A stretch of DNA of 63,530 bases, counting the filler. It is 15 parts of 15 records of this genome, joined end to end, with 100 filler letters (N's around TTAATTAATTAA, not from the genome) between each part and the next. Parts side by side here need not be neighbours in the genome. Positions count along the whole stretch, not along the records: positions 22,449 to 29,295 come from SRR15195285_9285; positions 29,396 to 33,274 come from SRR15195285_9287; positions 33,375 to 39,024 come from SRR15195285_9293; 12 more parts are not named here. The stretch is one strand, 5' to 3'. This document shows positions 22,450 through 34,619 of the stretch, one piece after another (the first letter of the stretch is position 1; each line of letters begins with the position of its first letter). Position numbers and translations under genes: made by a program. A model generated the notes under the pieces. The model worked only from the letters and a program-made list of their open reading frames with translations, searched no databases and had not been told where the DNA came from.

Positions 22450-25400
22450 GAGCAGGAGCAGGAGCAGGAGCAGGGGCATGCCCCTGCGCCTGCGCTGGAC
22501 TGCCACTGTGGAGCCGTCCCGACCTCTGTCATTGAGACCATTCTACTAGATCCTCGAAATAGGTCGCACCAGTATTGGCGTGAACGCCACGCCGACATGG
22601 TCATTCATTCTCATGAGAACCTGCGAGTGTCTCTCTCGATCCAGAACAACCCAGAGGAGATGCTTCCTCCTGGATGGGAACGCGAGACGGACGAGCTGTC
22701 GGGATCGCACTACTACTTGAATTCGGCTACAGGAGAGCTTCGTCTCGATCCACCACCAGCAGAATCTTGGTCGCGCGAGGTGGAGCTGCTGGGGAGGTCT
22801 TTCACACCACAAAATATGCACGATACAGCACGACTTCGAGTTGCTGTTGCAGAGAATTTAGAGATCCGCAAGGAGCTGGAGAGGCTTGAAGAGGCCCGCA
22901 ACGAGGTCATGTCACCCGATGATTTGGCTTTGGCGGAACTGCGAATGCAGGTGATCGATGCACTGGACCGGGGAGGCTCGATCCGATGCCCGCGGTGTGG
23001 CGTGCGAGCGATCAAGGATGATGTACGTCGCCATGCTTCATCTTCTCCGTCACTTTTGACACTGAGTCCCGCTTTGTTTTTTGTCCGACATTTTTCTCCT
23101 CGCTAGTGGTAGCGGGCTGGTAATGCTGCTGCTGTTCATTCTTCTTCTGTCTTCTTCTTGCTTCATTAACTTCTGCGTCTACTTGGTTTCTGGATCGTCC
23201 ATCCAGGCCTGCATTCATATGGACTCTTGCGACTGTGGCTCGCACTGGTGCTTTTTATGCACAAAGGAGAATTGTCCGAGGGGACGTGGCGGCTGTGACG
23301 AGACTAGCTACTATCTGGAGCAGCATCCTGGCTGGGGCAATTTTGCCCTTCCAAATTCTGGTGAGACGCCAGCATTCGCAGCACAGCAGGAGTTCCTCAG
23401 GAGGAGACAAGCATTCATGGTAGGCGCTGTGAAGGCACATACAGACCCGGAACTCTGGGCACGACTGCAAGAACATCATGTGGATCTGCTGCAGAATGTG
23501 CCAACAAAAGGAAGACAAATCGACTGGGACACGCTCGATTCTGCTGACATGCCTCTATTCGGTGGAAACAAGCGGCGCGCTGAAGAGGGCGGTGGCGAAA
23601 GCGTTGATGCACAGCGTCGCCGCATGCAAGAGCACTGGGCTAACGTGCGGCTTGAGGAGGAGCTGGATCGCCGGCGAGATGTCATTCGGCGCCGTGTGGA
23701 ACAGTGCTGCGTGCCGGTGGCAACTGTCTTAATCGCAGCACTGGTGGTCGGAACAGCATGCATATTCGAGTACTTTCCACCTTCCAACCCGATGGTGTTA
23801 CAGTCTAGTGGGTCTTCGCTATCTGGCGATGATGATGCTGGGAATCCTGCAGCCGAAGTCGAGCCTTCCACAACAGAGTCGGACTCTTGGTCAGGCCCCG
23901 GCAGCACTAGTGGCAACGATGATGATGCTGATGTTGAATGCATTCGTTGGGCGTGTCAAACATTGATGTGGGGTCCACGCGGGCAATTTGCGCTGGGAGG
24001 ACTGCTATGGTTGCTGTGCCTCTGTGTGATCTGCTCGAAGCAAGGGCGCTCTGAGTGTAGCAGGTACACTTGTACCATGCTACTGCTTGGTGTTATTGGT
24101 TCGTGGTCACTATTGATGTCGCCCATGGACCTGCTTGAAATGCACTGGGCTGTCGCGTACATTCTGTGTCCAGTCTGCACTGGGGTGGTGCAACCACTGT
24201 TTATCGCAGTGCCACTCGCAACGATCTTAGATGCCCTTGAAAAGCTGGAGACCGGTGGCAGATGCCTGCTTTTCGTTGCTTGCTCGACGTGCCAGCTGTG
24301 CATTTGGATGATCTACTACATTGTGGCGCTGGTCGATTTTCGAAGCAACAATGAATTTCCCGAGGACATCGACGTTGCTAACGCCGCCATCGAGCCAATG
24401 GCTGAGCCACAGGTCGACTTTGAGTGCGGGTTCGTCTGCTCGGCAGTCCCGTGGTTTTCGCGTGTACAGGCGGGGATTGGTGCTGTTTTCCTCCTCCTTG
24501 CTGGGATAGGTTGGTTGAAACAGGGTGCAGAGGGACGGGATAGACAAGACAGAATAGAGGCCGCCATTTGGGTTTACCTAAGTGCGATTGTAGGCAGTTT
24601 GTCTCTGTGGCCATCCACGCTTTCCGGGGAGCAGATATCTGCGACCGGGTGGTGGGTGGCGTATATCTTTGCTCCGCTTTGCGTTGGGATGGCCGGTCCA
24701 GTCTGGACTGCAGTCCAGTTCGCAAATTGTTGCCACTGGCTGGAACTCTCGGATGATGCAGATGATATTGTGTTTCCTCTGGCGAGTTTTATTGGCTTCG
24801 TTTGTGGAATCAGCTTTCTTGTCGCCATCATCGTCACTCGTGTGTCAAACACACAGTGGGAGCCTCATCTCGAAGACTTGACTCATCTTGGCTGCAACGC
24901 GTCGTGCGAGGTAATCTTCTGGGCCCCGCTGGTGCAGATAGGTGTTGGCGGAATCTGTATGATCGGTACTGCGTTGCTCAAGTGCCGTGGGCGTCGTGCC
25001 GAAGGTGATTATGAGTGGGAACATTTCGGCGTTGCTATCTTCTGCGGTGTAATGGCTTGGTGGCCAGCAGCGTTTATGATATTCCCGACGAACATTCTTA
25101 CAATGAACGGCTGGCTGGCCACGATTTTCATTCCAGTTTGGATCGGGAATAACGGCATGACGTGGATGGCTCTGGCATGCATCATTCTGCTTGAGCATGT
25201 TCGAGATGAAACTATGGAGAACATCTTTGGTAGTTTCGAGAGCTTTGCGACCACCGTCCTTACCGCAAGCACATTGTCTACTGTCGGATACATCGCCAGC
25301 ATCCACAGCTTCAGGAGCAGCGCAATCGAGTATGTCGACAGGCCAGCACATCGGTCAGAGGCCCCAGTTTACAACTTTGTCTGCACATGGCCCTGTCGAC

Positions 25401-26278
25401 TGGTGTGGACTGTCGTCTGGTGTGCAGTCGGAGCAGGCTTACTTTCCTTGGCCTTCGTGTGCCGTTCGTTGCTGTGCGCCAGTCCAGACGAAAACCGAGC
25501 ATGTTTGCGATGCAACGGCCGGCAGCAGTGTTCGTGCCGGTATGTCGTGGCAGCTGTTTTCCAGACCACTGCATCGTTTGCCGTTGCGGCTCTATTTTTC
25601 TACGAGGGCGTACGTGGCTATCCCTTTCCAGTGCCAGTGCAAGAACTCCTCACGGGCAATGCCTTCAAGATGTATCTGCTCTTACCCGGGTTTACCGCCT
25701 TCTTGACTGTGTGCTCTTACAAGACTCTTATGTGGGCCAGCTCTCCACGCACGCGTATGCTTAGTCGTCTCTATAAATTGTCAACTCTGCTCGGCGGTCT
25801 TGCTATGGTTGGGTCGGCGTGGCTGCTCTTCGTGCTCCGACATAGCATTGACACCGGTAGTGGGCACGAATGGTCAGCGAGCTCCCAAGTGATTATCATG
25901 GAAGCCATTATATTACCGTATGCAGGGGTCGCGATGATGCTCTGGTGCTGGGGCACATGGCGTGGCGAAGCGCGCCGTCGTGCCTGCTCGATCATAGCGC
26001 GGCCGCTGTTCCTTTGGGTGCCCTCAGCCACCTGGCCGCTAGTTGTGGCTGCTGTCTCTGATGATCGGCATGTGCTTGACCGAATGCCGTTGTTTTGGCC
26101 ACTGGGGAGTCTGTCGTTCTCTCTAATCGGCTTCGTGTTTGAAATCGCATGGTTCTTTTGGAATCGCCGACCCGGCTGGGCCACACCAGCGCAAAGCTTC
26201 GCAGCAATTTGTACGTCCGTGCTTGTGTCGGGCAGTCTCCTGGCGTTCAATTGGAGGATGAGTCAACTGGCAGAATAG
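22450..26278 (+). CDS. RBR-like E3 ubiquitin ligase with WW domain and a large multi-pass membrane region, 5'-partial; intron 23023-23206
   Basis: WW-like LPPGWERETDELSGSHYYLNSATGE...DPP. Splicing gives a RING2/Rcat motif CPRC...KDDACIHMDSCDCGSHWCFLC. About 20 hydrophobic helices follow. Confidence 0.8.
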
Positions 26279-26409
26279 ATGAGTGCCATAATTTTGGCCG
26301 CAGCTTGTGTATAAATTCTTTAAATGTATTCCGACTACTTCGCAGAATAACTCTACAGCGGCAATTCGTCAGCGCAAGCCCTAAACACGCAACCCAGAAA
26401 GAGTGGTGA

Positions 26410-29180
26410 TCAGTAGAGCACCTTGTGCTCTGGGATTCTCAGGACTGAGCGCAGCCCGTGATGCACAACATTCCGCGCGGTCACATTCTTCACGTGATCC
26501 GGCCAGACGGGCCAGATAGTGTGATTACTGGCCGGTGGAGGCCGTAATAACTCGCCTGTGTTTGGATTCGCACTGTAGTACGGCCAAAACGATGACGTCA
26601 CCACAAGCCTGATCGAGTGTCCTTTGTTGATAACATACGACACCATCCCAAGGTCGACCTGCTCGAACAGCCAGCAATTAGCAACGTTAGCAAAGTCCAC
26701 GTTTCCAATCACATGCTAGTGAATTCTGAACGGCGTAAAAATGAATTGGGCGGAGAAGGCACGTCAACGTGGTAGCGCTCTGTCGGGTGCATGTGAGGCG
26801 CAGGATGCGTGGCGAAAGGGCCATTTCTCCAGCGCATGCGAAGCGCGCCTTGCTCAACTAGCATTGCCGTGCCGTTTGGCCACACGTCAATGAGTTTGCA
26901 GATGAAGTCCGTGTCGGTGGCTGCAAAGCGATGAGACGCATCGTGTGACGATTCAACACCGCAGTTCAGTGAGACAGCTGACTCAGGACGACACTAGCTG
27001 TCAGTCGCACCGTTTGAGGATACTTCCAGCGAAGCCGTCACGTTCCCCAAAATTGTCATAGGGAGCTCAAGAGGTTTGGATGTGTAGCGTAGGATATCGC
27101 GACGGGGAGAGTCGACACACGCCTTGTACAGTCGTTGTATCTGTGTGAGACAGCCACCGATGCAGGTGTTGTTATAGCAAGGGCTCGTGCCGTTGTGCCA
27201 CGTCACCTTTGTCCCATTGCGACCGTTAAGCAGCGCGTGGTAGGCAGTGACGCTATCGTTCGTTGCCTCAGCGAGTGTTTGGTCCTGAGGACCACACGGT
27301 GATATGAAAAGATTGTCACCTCCGTACGTGCCATGTGGATCTGCAGGATCATAAACTAATGCACTTTCAGTTAAGCCATCTCCCGGCAGATCAGCCAGGC
27401 GACCTCCTTGATCGAGATACCAGGTTCGGTCGGCGACATCCGTTGGCCACCCGTCCGCTTTGTGCCAGTGGTTGCCAATCGATCCAACAATTCCAGGTCC
27501 GTTCACGAAATACCTAATGCAAACACAATGATGTAATTGCTGGCGGTATCCCCAACAATATAGTTGCAGACCTGGATGGATGGCTGGTGATGAGCCAAGA
27601 CACCTGTGAATGACACGAGCTAGTGGATTGAGTACTCACGAGAGGCGCGGGAAGGCATCAAGCTGCTTTTGGATTTTCGCCCTTGCAGTCGAGCCTGGGT
27701 CCGTCAGCTCCAGCTGGAAGAGAAGCGCCGTTGCGTACTCGATGTCAATCGGCAGCTCGTTATGCGTATCGATCCAGTCGCGGGCAGCGGTGGCAATTGT
27801 CGACTTTCCTGCGCGCGTGCAGCAGCACACCAGACGGATTATTCTTCTGAACACAACTGATTTGATCTTGGATTGAGTGCCACACTGCCACTTATATGCA
27901 AGATCGCACCTTGCAGTTCTGGCGGGATGAGAGCAAAGCGCGGCCAACCAATGGCAGACGCAGTGCAGTGCCCCCCAGGCACAATCCAGAGCCACTGCGG
28001 GGCAGTTGCGCCCTTGGCAGTATCGTTCAGCTGGAAAAATGCCTCAAGATGTGCGTTGGAAAAGACGTCGTACCTTCAATCACGCAACGGAAGAAAGTCA
28101 GCCGGGCAAACAAGTGGATACGCAAGCCGCCCAACAATGGAGCATGCGAAGTCAGAAGTTGATGATGCCAAGTTGGGACTGGGCGGCATGGGGACTGGAG
28201 GAGGGAACAGCAGGAATTGCAGCTATACCAGCCGGCCACGTGGATGCCAGCCACCCCTGCCTTCCGTCCGCGCTCCCAGCCTGACATCCCGTCTGATCCG
28301 ATCGAATTAGCATCCATGTTTGACCATTCTGGCCCCCACGCTTCGTTCGCCCGCAGGGCGCCTATAATCTCTGCCGCACGGGCGCTGCGCTTGCTGTTGG
28401 CAAGCGTGCCGAGATAAATCTCAGCCATCGCAAGCCTGTATGCGCCGCCAGGAAACCATTGCGAGTGGCCAGTCATCTCTCCAAATTGAAGTGAGACCGC
28501 TTTCAGGGCAGGGTGCGGGTTGAGCGTAATGACCTCGTAGCTGTCAATTGCCAGCGCGGACTTGCCGTTCATGGCCACCTTGCCGTTTGACCACGGCTGG
28601 TTTGTGATCCACTCCACTGTGTCGTAGCCATCTGTCGCAGAGGTGTTCGGAAAGTCGAAGAGCCCTCGCCCCGGTGAGGTGCAGCCGACGGCCGCTGAGT
28701 ACACGGGGCCACACCCGCGGACGTCCTGGATCACGACGGCGAGCCCGGGGTCGGTCACGAACGGAAAGACCTGCGTGCTCACGCCGGGGCCGTTTGTGCC
28801 ATTCGGGTACTCGGTACTCAAGAACGTCGCCTGTTCGGCAGCACAGTCAGGCTCACCGACCAAGCTTTCATCGCGCGCAAAGTACCGTTCACAGCTGGCA
28901 GTGGGGAGCAGGACTGGCGGCAGCGCGCACGTTGTACGGCGTCCGGAACAGCACTGTGCCAACTTTGTGCTTCGGGTAGTGCGTCGTGTTGCAGTACTGC
29001 CGCGTGACGTTCCCCTTCTTCGGCAGCCCGACGAGCTCGCACGGGAAGAACACGAGCGTATGCAGCCCGATGCCGTCCCGCATCTCGACCTCCAGCGTCT
29101 GCGCCGGCAGCGGGGAGTCGTCCGGCAGCAGCGGGTTCCCGCCCGCGGCAGGCTTCGGGATGGGCGGAATCACCGCCTGA
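26410..29180 (-). CDS. CocE/NonD-family (peptidase S15) alpha/beta hydrolase, multi-exon, 5'-partial
   Basis: VEMRDGIGLHT, LFRTPYN, VIQDVRG, DGYDTVEWITNQPWSNGKV, nucleophile elbow GKSALA, HVAGWY, YDPADP, IRLVVTSS...NPNTG. Confidence 0.88.
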
Positions 29181-29506
29181 CACAGCCGCAACCCAGCAAG
29201 CAATCAGCACGGCAAGCGGACCGCTGCCGCGACCACAACCACACCCGCGACTCGAGCAGCAAGCCCAGACAGGCAGGCAGGCAGGCAGGCAGGCANNNNN
29301 NNNNNNNNNNNNNNNNNNNNNNNNNNNNNNNNNNNNNNNTTAATTAATTAANNNNNNNNNNNNNNNNNNNNNNNNNNNNNNNNNNNNNNNNNNNNAGAGA
29401 GAGAGAGAGAGAGAGAGAGAGGCAGGTGTTAGTGCCCAAGCTACCGTGCGCGCTCTGATCCTGCAGTAGTAGACCAAACTAAGAATTGATCGTGCGCGCC
29501 ACCCAC

Positions 29507-29709
29507 CTGAGGAAACTGTTTCTGCTGGGTCCACACACAGCCTGCTGGACGAAAGCCTGCTCGAACACTGTGCCAGTGGCTGCCAGTCTCTGAAAGTTTG
29601 GCGTCACCGCAGCCGCGGCGTTCTGCACGTAGTATGGGGAAATGTCGGGCCTCAGATCGTCGACAACTATGTAAAGCACATTCAGAAGCACCGAAGTACT
29701 TGGTGCCAT
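29507..29709 (-). CDS. First exon of an S1 sulfatase (iduronate-2-sulfatase-like), truncated by the contig end
   Basis: NVLYIVVDDLRP, TPNFQRLA, formylglycine motif CGPSR, then a GTGGGT donor at 29506. Confidence 0.85.
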
Positions 29710-30704
29710 CGGACCACTCCTATAACCTTGAAGATGCTTCTCGCAGGATAGTCTACATTCCTCGTTGCGTGCCGGGCACATGCACGAACTGCATATATGA
29801 TGGGGTCCGGATATCCCGGCGATCGGCGCGGCGGTCAGCGTAGCAGCGTCAGCGCGTCGCGTCGGTCGCGACGGTACCGCGGCGGCCGGCGCGCTTGCGC
29901 GCGCGCGGACGCGCGGACCTCGCGGCCGGACGCGCTGACGGACGCCGTACCGCCGGAAGTGTCCAGGCAGGACGCCAATGATGCGTTGTGGTTCTATACT
30001 ACAGGTACCGTAGGTAGTAGATAGCCAGGCCAAGTCCGGCCTGATTTCTCGACACTCTGTCTCTGAGGGCCGCGCACATAATTCGGGTTCCAGACAATTG
30101 CATGGGGGCGCGCAGGGGGCGTGGCGCCGGTCCATTAAGTGAGAGTTAGTCCGCTGGCCGCCAGCGTCGGAGCTCGGTGGTACTGGCGCTGGCTTACTGG
30201 TGTTCTCGTTCTGTTTGGATTGCGCACGAATTGGTGGGACGGTATGATGAGCCGCCAGTGGATGCTTGAGGAACATTCTGAGACCCACAGAGTACATAAT
30301 GTATTCGAATCGCCGGAATATTTGTCGCAAGATCCAATGGCTCTGCATCCGCCAGCCACGCGGCGGCAGCGGCGGCGGCGGCGCTCGGCACGCAGACACC
30401 TCGCTAGACCGCAGGTTGTAGGTTGAAGATCCCCACATTCTTCTACCTGGGAGCTGACAACGGCCATGCGATGATTCTCATTCATGTTCATCATTCAAAA
30501 AAAAGCCACTCCACTACTACTGAGGCCGGAGACTTCAAGACAAGACGTCGGTTCGAAGGAGTCACTCTTGTTAAGACTCTCTCACTCTACTGTCTCACAC
30601 CCTCACTGAGTCTCTCAGTCTCTCAGTGTCCGAGCGCCCCGGTGCAAGCAACTATCTTGGTGCTGAGCTAATAGTCTTCTGAGTCTGTCGTATCGTAAGC
30701 CGTT

Positions 30705-30765
30705 CGCCCGCCCGTGCCCACTGCAGCACCTCCAAATGACCTGTTGCTGCTGCCCTAAAGCAGGA
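30705..30765 (-). pseudogene. Isolated ankyrin-like repeat remnant
   Basis: Translates to CFRAAATGHLEVLQWARAG, matching the AAxxGHLEVLQWAR repeat type, with no surrounding ankyrin ORF. Confidence 0.6.
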
Positions 30766-30865
30766 TGTTAGAGTAATAAATGCGTGATGGGCCCGATGAC
30801 CTATACATGACTGTGCGTGAGCAAGAGACCCAGAGACTGCAGGTCGATACGCATAGTTGTATTGA

Positions 30866-33262
30866 TCAACTTGTACCAGTTGACGGCACTTCTGGCACTG
30901 GTGGCGGCGGTAGCGCTTGTGCTGTTTCACTCTGTACGTTCGCTTTACAAGGTGGATCCCATGTAGTCGCACCAAGCTCCTTATTTTCGTAGTACGTCTT
31001 CCCACTCACCGGATCGATGACAGGCTGCCACCCGTCTTCTAGCTCTGACTCTACAAGAGCGTGACCCTTGGCAATATCCACTTGCGTGGAAGCAATCCAC
31101 GCTTCGTATGCTTGGATGCTGCACGCCTGTACAACATGCTGGCTCACCTTGGCCATGGGAACGTGTACCAGGGATCTCATGTGGATACGATTCTGGAATC
31201 TAGGCTTCTTCTTAGTGCCAGACTGCCACATCACGCTGACGAACTTGATCTGTGACCCCGATCTGTCTCGATGCAACGAGTGTACTCGTCCCACACGCCC
31301 GCCTTCATCTGCAAGTTGTACATATGTGTTTTCCATGCACCAAGTATCCCCTGGTTTCCATCGGCTCAATGCACCATCTGAGAATACGAAAGTGTCCCGC
31401 TGTGGCTTTGCCTCTCCCCTACCACACAAATTGGCCCATGTGATGCTAGCGAGCAGGCCTAGGTACATCACAACCGTCCCGTGGGTGCACAGCTGAAAGG
31501 CGAGCTCACGGTCTAAGCAGCTGTGGCATGGTGGCGATGGTGCATCCCAGTCACAAAATCCGGGCACCGGCAAGAACTTGTCACCATAGTTGTTCGGCGC
31601 GTGAACAACATTCCAGAATACATAGTTGTAGCACACCAGAACCAAAGCGCGAACTAGGTAGTAGCGCACAGCGATCCACACGTTTCCGTTCACATCCATA
31701 TCTGACATTGCGTTTGGGGTAGCGCCGAGGAAGAACAGTGAATTCAAAGAAAGCCAGATAGGTGCAGTGATTACCACGATCTTTGGCGTGTCCTGTGAAT
31801 TGTCAAATTCACTTAGGACTGTGGACAATACAAGCGTAGTGTATCGCGTCCCGTGAATGTAGCGTTTCGCGACCAAAGAGCAGCCGAGAAACACCAGTCC
31901 TTCTGCACATAGTGCAAGCATCATAAATCCTGCGCCACCGAGCGCGCAGCCAAGCAGTGCGAGCGAGAACGCACGGGAGACCACCTCACCCAAGCGCCAG
32001 ATGTAAACAAATACTAACTCCAGCAGAAAGGACCCGGCGGCCTTTTGCTGCGATGCAAACGCCCAGGCGGCAGTTACACATGAAACGAACATGGAAAACA
32101 TGAACGTCTTGCTGAACAGTGGGGTCGCTGGTTCTAAGAGACCGTAAGACACTGCGACAAAGGTTTGGAGCACGACTTGCGGCCCAGTTTCTGCAATCAG
32201 CTCGACAACTTTGGTACGGGCCGCATCTTCTTCTGCGAATGGGTAAGATTTCTGCTCTTCGTTTACTTGAATCAAGCACGTTACGAGAGCCAATGCCTCC
32301 ACCACTGGCGCCAGGCCCCAAAACGCGAGTGTAGACTTTACGCGAACGCTTTCAGGGAGCCAACTAGGTGCCAACAATTCACCCTTAGCAGCAGCCTTTG
32401 GCACATCAACAGTGTGTGAGCGGGGAGGGCGCCTAGGATATGGGTAGCGCGGGGTGTGGACATCCATCCCTGCTGCAGCCACTGTGGGCGCTATTGCATC
32501 ACCACCTGTCAACTGCTCGCCGTTCCCCGGTTCCTCCTCTGGTAGGGATGGCGCACGAAGGCCTTCATCACCTCGCATGGGGTCCCCTAAACGAGTCCCG
32601 CCCGCCATACGCTGCGCTAGATCCAGACCATCATGGTTTGCCTGCTCAGCGCTCACGGGCTGCGATTGTGGAGCATCGCTATCACCTGGAAGCCGAACCT
32701 TCCGTTTGAGACCCCCCCAACCATTCACCGCAGCCACAGCAGCCAGCCCCGCAACAAGGATGTTAATTGCACTGAATGAAAACCACCAGTAATCGCCGAC
32801 CATGAAAAAGCTGTAAGCCACGAGCAGGTCGCTGGTCGTGTCGCTCATCGGTGTAGCAGCCGACAAGCAACATATGAAGGTCTCCTTCATGTTTCGAAAG
32901 CCATTGCGCAGCTGAGGGTAGCCCCTAAGCAGTGCCAGCACAAGAATGAACATGAACACCTGCGGCAGAAACACGGGCCAAAATGGGAGTTCTGGCCATG
33001 GCCTGCCAGACCCGCTGGCGGTGGCGTCATCATCGAATCCAGAACTGCCAGACCCATCTGGATTGCTGAGAGCCCCGTCGACTGCGCAAAACGCATATGC
33101 AGCATGACAAAGCACTGTGGGCGAGTGCAATGTCGAGCGCATGAATTTGACACTACAGCGTTGGCAGGGTCGCCTCGCTCGGACACCCGGGGGCGGGCGC
33201 GCGCCGGGGTGACAGCACCTGACCAACACCACGGCGGCGGCGCCGCCACAGGGATTCATCAC
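30866..33262 (-). CDS. XK-related (Xkr scramblase family) membrane protein with C-terminal WW domain; 5' end uncertain
   Basis: DTTSDLLVA..F..GDYWWF, ELIAETGPQVVLQ (cf. ESAPQLxLQ), EVVSRAFSLALL. WW: LEDGWQPVIDPVSGKTYYENKELGATTWDPP. Confidence 0.8.
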   Translation of the reverse strand: MMNPCGGAAAVVLVRCCHPGARPPPGVRARRPCQRCSVKFMRSTLHSPTVLCHAAYAFCAVDGALSNPDGSGSSGFDDDATASGSGRPWPELPFWPVFLPQVFMFILVLALLRGYPQLRNGFRNMKETFICCLSAATPMSDTTSDLLVAYSFFMVGDYWWFSFSAINILVAGLAAVAAVNGWGGLKRKVRLPGDSDAPQSQPVSAEQANHDGLDLAQRMAGGTRLGDPMRGDEGLRAPSLPEEEPGNGEQLTGGDAIAPTVAAAGMDVHTPRYPYPRRPPRSHTVDVPKAAAKGELLAPSWLPESVRVKSTLAFWGLAPVVEALALVTCLIQVNEEQKSYPFAEEDAARTKVVELIAETGPQVVLQTFVAVSYGLLEPATPLFSKTFMFSMFVSCVTAAWAFASQQKAAGSFLLELVFVYIWRLGEVVSRAFSLALLGCALGGAGFMMLALCAEGLVFLGCSLVAKRYIHGTRYTTLVLSTVLSEFDNSQDTPKIVVITAPIWLSLNSLFFLGATPNAMSDMDVNGNVWIAVRYYLVRALVLVCYNYVFWNVVHAPNNYGDKFLPVPGFCDWDAPSPPCHSCLDRELAFQLCTHGTVVMYLGLLASITWANLCGRGEAKPQRDTFVFSDGALSRWKPGDTWCMENTYVQLADEGGRVGRVHSLHRDRSGSQIKFVSVMWQSGTKKKPRFQNRIHMRSLVHVPMAKVSQHVVQACSIQAYEAWIASTQVDIAKGHALVESELEDGWQPVIDPVSGKTYYENKELGATTWDPPCKANVQSETAQALPPPPVPEVPSTGTS

Positions 33263-33374
33263 AGTAAAACTCGTNNNNNNNNNNNNNNNNNNNNNNNNNN
33301 NNNNNNNNNNNNNNNNNNTTAATTAATTAANNNNNNNNNNNNNNNNNNNNNNNNNNNNNNNNNNNNNNNNNNNN

Positions 33375-34418
33375 CTGAACCAGGAGAAGAAAGAGAGCGA
33401 GGAATCAGAGGGAAAGCGAAGAAAGCCCGAGCTGGAGGGACTTGTGGCGGCGTCCGCACCGTCCTCGTCGTCGCACCCAGAGAAAGATGATGATGATGAG
33501 GAGGAGCGTACACCGACCGCGCCAGCGTTCGATCCGCAGGGTGCGGGTCAGGTTGTTGTTCCATCGCCTGACCCGGGGCCAACTGAGGAGGATATGTTAG
33601 ACGAAATATCACAGGTTGAGCCAACTGAGGAGGATATGTTAGACGAAACACCAAAGGTTGGTACGGTAGCTGTTCGGTGGAAGCCAAAATCTGATGCTTC
33701 AATGCTTGGACCGGTGCTACGTTCTACCCTCGTCGCCGGTGGAGATTCGTTTGGTTCACGTTGCAGCCTCGAGCAGTCGTACAACTTGCGTAAGAATGCA
33801 ACAGGAGACGCTGTCCAGTTTGATTTTCTCGTATCGGAAAGCCTGCCAACAGTTCACATCGAATGTCTCGATGGAGGGAACCTGATCGGACATTGTGATG
33901 TTGATCTATCACAGTGTTCACCTGCTTTGGACCTGGGTTGCGAAGAGCTGGAGGAGAACGATTGCAGTGATCCGCGGCTCTCTAAGGACTGGACATGGCC
34001 TCCAAGTGCGATGCATGCGCAAGGACGCAATTGGTTTATTCTGAAGTCACGTGAACACAGACATACTAGCACGGGCAAACGAGGCGCGCCACGTGCAACA
34101 GATAACAACGCTGCACAAGTTCGCTTGCGTTTCGACTGGGTGACTGAAAACACGCTCACTGATCCAGAAAATGACAACTGGCGCGAGGCTAGCCGGACTG
34201 CATCAGCGACGCACTGGCGCGATCCTGTTTTTTGCAGCGCATACTTATACGCCGTTATCGTGGCCGGGATTGCCCTATTTTTCATTGCTTCTTTCGTCTC
34301 CAACATGTCGACAGAAAACACGGAAGCGTGGACCATCTCTGTCATCGGAGCGACCATGGTGAAGCTGTTTGTGATGGATCCGGTCAAGCTGGCCGTCGGG
34401 TCACTGATTGTGCAGTTC
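33375..34418 (+). CDS. Fragment of a polycystin-1-like membrane protein with a C2-like domain, 5'-partial, 3' structure unresolved
   Basis: Frame open from the contig start. C2-like VHIECLDGGNLIGHCDVDL...WFIL...VRLRFDW. The TM pair LFFIASF...EAWTISVIG...LFVMDPVK resembles the PKD1-like TM4-5 signature. Confidence 0.5.
33578..33660 (+). repeat. 42-bp in-frame tandem duplication (PTEEDMLDE x2)
   Basis: GCCAACTGAGGAGGATATGTTAGACGAAA at 33578 and 33620. Confidence 0.92.
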
Positions 34419-34619
34419 GTAAAGTCGTGCCCTCTCGCCGCGCGAGTCGTTGAAGAACGGATCGTATCACTGCAGTGTGCCACTCAGCCTAGTCCTCGGG
34501 AGGCTGAGCACCAGCACCGTGCTGCGTGGTCCGCACCGGTTGCTGGGAGGGATCAGCACCGGACCCGCCCAGTACCGCACTGGTCGACAGGCGGGTGTTT
34601 TTCTCTGTTCGCTTCCAAA

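Noticed and set aside
23081-23206. Hydrophobic N-terminus of the 1065-aa ORF read as a signal peptide
   Set aside because: It is the pyrimidine-rich part of intron 23023-23206. Splicing it out restores the RING2 motif
29710-30438. N-terminal 240 aa of the 319-aa ORF upstream of the sulfatase exon
   Set aside because: It reads through a CG-rich promoter-like region and shows no protein-like composition
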